DNA from: Thermodesulfobacteriota bacterium
GTDB lineage: Bacteria > Desulfobacterota_D > UBA1144
Assembly (NCBI GenBank): GCA_029246845.1
Contig: JAQWMJ010000006.1
Location: 22,221 to 86,220, forward strand
Direction: 5' to 3'
Length of the DNA stretch: 64,000 nucleotides
Positions 61,547 through 64,000 of the stretch are shown in pieces. Numbering within the stretch: position 1 is the first letter of the stretch; the number at the start of each line of letters is the position of its first letter. A model generated the notes under the pieces. It searched no databases and had not been told where the DNA came from. It saw nothing but the letters and a program-made list of their open reading frames with translations. Position numbers and translations under genes: made by a program.

Positions 61547-61807
61547 TTATAACAGTTTTTTTAAAACTAGGTTAAGTTTGTTAGAAGAGCAGTCTAGCTC
61601 TAGGGTTTTAACCTTTGATTTAAGGCCACCAACAATAGTTATTTTAGACTTTGGTATTCCTATGAATTCCGAAAGTATCTTAATCAATTCGAGGTTGGAC
61701 TCACCCTTATGTGGAATTGCTGCTACTTTTACTGATAAAACACCTAGTTCAAAACTCAAAACCTCTGACTTTTTTGACCTTGGTTTAACTGATACTAAAA
61801 TTCTCAA
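61547..61807 (-). CDS. DUF167 (YggU / UPF0235) family protein
   Basis: 86 aa; conserved position after yggT in the yggS-proC-yggT-yggU cluster. Confidence 0.7.
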   Translation of the reverse strand: MRILVSVKPRSKKSEVLSFELGVLSVKVAAIPHKGESNLELIKILSEFIGIPKSKITIVGGLKSKVKTLELDCSSNKLNLVLKKLL

Positions 61808-61809
61808 AT

Positions 61810-62100
61810 TTAGAAGGTATAGGCAAGCTGAACCAACGATTTAACCAAAAAGCTTTTTAAAAATTCTACTGCTAATAAAACAACAATAGGTGAAATATCT
61901 ATTCCACCGAGATTTGGCATAGCATTTCGTACTATTGACAAAACCGGCTCCGTTATTCTATATAGAAATTGAAACAAAGTATTGTAAGGATCAGGGTTAA
62001 ACCATGAAATTAATGCTCGAATAATTATTAGCCATACAAAAAGAGAAAGAATTAAGTTTAAAACGTTGGCAATAGCTAAAATTAAATTTGTAATAATCAT
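61810..62100 (-). CDS. yggT: YggT family membrane protein
   Basis: 96 aa, 2 TM; cluster context. Confidence 0.7.
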   Translation of the reverse strand: MIITNLILAIANVLNLILSLFVWLIIIRALISWFNPDPYNTLFQFLYRITEPVLSIVRNAMPNLGGIDISPIVVLLAVEFLKSFLVKSLVQLAYTF

Positions 62101-62101
62101 A

Positions 62102-62917
62102 TCAATTTTTATTCATAATTAGCTTATCACTAATTTTTGCCGATTTCTTAGATGCAGAATCTAGACATTGAACAATGATATTGGTAAATCTTTTATTTTT
62201 CAATAACTTAATACCAGCTTCAGTGGTCCCGCCTGGGGAAGAAACCAACTTAACAAATTTCTGTGGGGACACTTTGGTTGTATTCAAATATGTCACTGCA
62301 CCAAGAATGGTTTCAAAAATTATCTCTCTTACCATCACTTCACCTAAATTTTTAGATTTACCGTAAGCGAGTTGGGCTGCAATGTATTCTGCTAAAAATG
62401 CAGGCCCAGAACCGCTTATAGCCGTGATATAGTCAAAATCTTTTTCTGCTTTTAGCTCAAATGCTTTTCCGGTTGTCTCTATTAAACTTAAAAAAGCTTT
62501 GCGATCCTTATTGGTGCAATGCCTGTTAGCCTTGAAACCAATAACGCCCCTTAATATAAGGCAGGATAAATTCGGCATTGTTCTTATAACTTTTTTCTTT
62601 GGTCCTATTAGTTTTTGAATAAAAGATGTTTTTACACCAGCTGCTATTGAAACAAGAATCTTTCTGGAATTTAACTTCTTCTTTGTTTCTTTTAATACTT
62701 CTGAAATCGCATCAGGTTTAACGCAAAGAAAAATAATTTCAGAATTTTCTACAACACTAATATTTTCAGTTGTTGTTCTAACGTTTTTAAGAGCCCTTAG
62801 CGGTTTTAATCTTTTAGTGTCTACATCAGAACAAATAACCTTGTGTATGCCCTGAGCTAAAAAGCCCCTAATCAAAGATGTTGCCATATTGCCTGTACCT
62901 ATTATTCCAATATTCAT
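62102..62917 (-). CDS. proC: pyrroline-5-carboxylate reductase
   Basis: 271 aa; MNIGIIGTGNMA Rossmann, ProC C-terminal dimerization motifs (SPGGTTEAGI). Confidence 0.85.
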   Translation of the reverse strand: MNIGIIGTGNMATSLIRGFLAQGIHKVICSDVDTKRLKPLRALKNVRTTTENISVVENSEIIFLCVKPDAISEVLKETKKKLNSRKILVSIAAGVKTSFIQKLIGPKKKVIRTMPNLSCLILRGVIGFKANRHCTNKDRKAFLSLIETTGKAFELKAEKDFDYITAISGSGPAFLAEYIAAQLAYGKSKNLGEVMVREIIFETILGAVTYLNTTKVSPQKFVKLVSSPGGTTEAGIKLLKNKRFTNIIVQCLDSASKKSAKISDKLIMNKN

Positions 62918-63594
62918 TTAATGCGTTCTCCAAAAATCTTTGTTCCTACCCTAATTATAGTCGAACCTTCTTCTAAGGCTACCCTATAATCATTGCTCAT
63001 ACCCATTGATAGCTCGAGGCTGGCTCCTAAATTCTTTTCAATATCTAATGACAAATTCTTCATTTTTCTGTAATCCATCCTGCTATATTCTGGGTCTTGT
63101 GAATATTCAGTAATTGTCATAAGTCCTTTTATCTTTAGCCTTTCCAGGATAGAAATACTCGAAGATAATTCTTGAACCTCCTCAATCCTTGCTCCACCTT
63201 TGTTTGGGTCTTCTGAAACATTAACTTGCAAAAGGATGTCTTGAAAAAGGTCTTTTTTTAAACAGAAGTCGTTAATCATTAAAGCCTTTTTAAAGGTGTC
63301 TACTGTATGAACCAAAGTGGCCTTGCCAGCGAAATATTTTATTTTATTTTGTTGGATTTGCCCTATATAGTGCCACCTTATATCTTCTTTGTTTACCATA
63401 GTTGCATTAATTTTATCACGCAACTCTTGTGCATAGTTTTCGCCAAAATCTCTTTGCCCAAGAGAATAAAGATCAAGGATATCTTCAAGCGGTTTTGTTT
63501 TAGACACCGCAACAAGGAGGGTTTTTTGGTTAAGCCTCTTTAGGTGATCATTTAGTTCCTTAACAAAATTTTGATAATTAAGCTGTGTACTCAT
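62914..63594 (-). CDS. yggS: PLP-binding protein YggS (PLP homeostasis, alanine racemase N-domain fold)
   Basis: 226 aa; LLVAVSKTKP PLP-lysine motif. Confidence 0.82.
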   Translation of the reverse strand: MSTQLNYQNFVKELNDHLKRLNQKTLLVAVSKTKPLEDILDLYSLGQRDFGENYAQELRDKINATMVNKEDIRWHYIGQIQQNKIKYFAGKATLVHTVDTFKKALMINDFCLKKDLFQDILLQVNVSEDPNKGGARIEEVQELSSSISILERLKIKGLMTITEYSQDPEYSRMDYRKMKNLSLDIEKNLGASLELSMGMSNDYRVALEEGSTIIRVGTKIFGERIK

Positions 63595-63630
63595 AATAAT
63601 TAAAGATTATTATAATATATAATCAAACAA

Positions 63631-64000
63631 ATGGGACTTACAACACAGGCAGCTTTAAAATTTGGTGAATTGGCTCTAAAAAAAGCAAATATAGTAAATT
63701 ATAAAAATGAAGCTCGAGAAATACTTGAAAATCTCTTAAAAAAAACACCGGAGGAACTTTTTTTAATAAAAGAGAAGAATATAAGCGAAGCAAACAACGT
63801 GGCTTTCATAAAAAGAATTAAAAAGCGAACTAATGGAGTACCTCTGCAATATATAACAAAGGTGGGCCACTTTTACTCCAGAGCTTTTTATGTCTCAAAA
63901 GGAGTGTTAATACCAAGACAGGAAACTGAAATACTTGTGGAAACTGTATTAAAGACTTTTGAGGCAAGAAGTAATGTTTCATGCTTAGATATGTGCTCCG
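63631..64000 (+). CDS. prmC: release factor glutamine methyltransferase (HemK/PrmC), N-terminal part; continues beyond the window
   Basis: Start MGLTTQAALKFG...; N-terminal HemK helical domain followed by the start of the MTase domain (...CLDMCS[G]); no stop before 64000. Confidence 0.6.
   Translation, partial: MGLTTQAALKFGELALKKANIVNYKNEAREILENLLKKTPEELFLIKEKNISEANNVAFIKRIKKRTNGVPLQYITKVGHFYSRAFYVSKGVLIPRQETEILVETVLKTFEARSNVSCLDMCS

Overview
This is an AT-rich window (roughly 30% GC by eye) of very tightly packed bacterial chromosome. I call about 56 protein-coding genes and 2 tRNA genes; many gene junctions overlap by 1-11 nt, and 9 convergent junctions have 3 nt or less of spacer. I see no integrase, transposase, CRISPR array or rRNA. 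Most genes are housekeeping and were recognised from protein motifs I can read directly. Examples are tyrS (HIGH and KMSKS motifs), nadE, mfd, gcvTHP, the tRNA-Val-thrS-infC-rpmI-rplT string, purC, purA, hisZ, serA, tatC, uvrA, mnmG, leuS, glnD, nadB/nadC/nadA, korAB, dnaB, xth, groES and the yggS-proC-yggT-DUF167 cluster. SurA, TatC and a periplasmic S41 protease point to a Gram-negative cell. By inference the source is a genome-streamlined, probably marine, bacterium. Five things are not ordinary. (1) A three-gene minus-strand module (rhodanese, SufU-like sulfur acceptor, and an unusually large 453-aa nitroreductase-superfamily protein) sits behind a 346-bp divergent intergenic region with a perfect 14-bp direct repeat and an 8+8 palindrome. 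This is the best candidate for an undescribed sulfur-transfer/flavoenzyme system. (2) A divergent UDG-fold protein that has lost the catalytic GEAPG motif is translationally coupled to a DUF255 thioredoxin-domain protein. (3) F420-related genes (cofC and a clear Fno) flank an orphan groES. (4) A CtpA-like S41 protease carries a ~450-aa low-complexity C-terminal extension and is followed by an orphan OppB-type permease. (5) korAB is inserted inside the nadB...nadC-nadA cluster. Start codons and family names are inferences from motifs I could read; nothing was database-searched.
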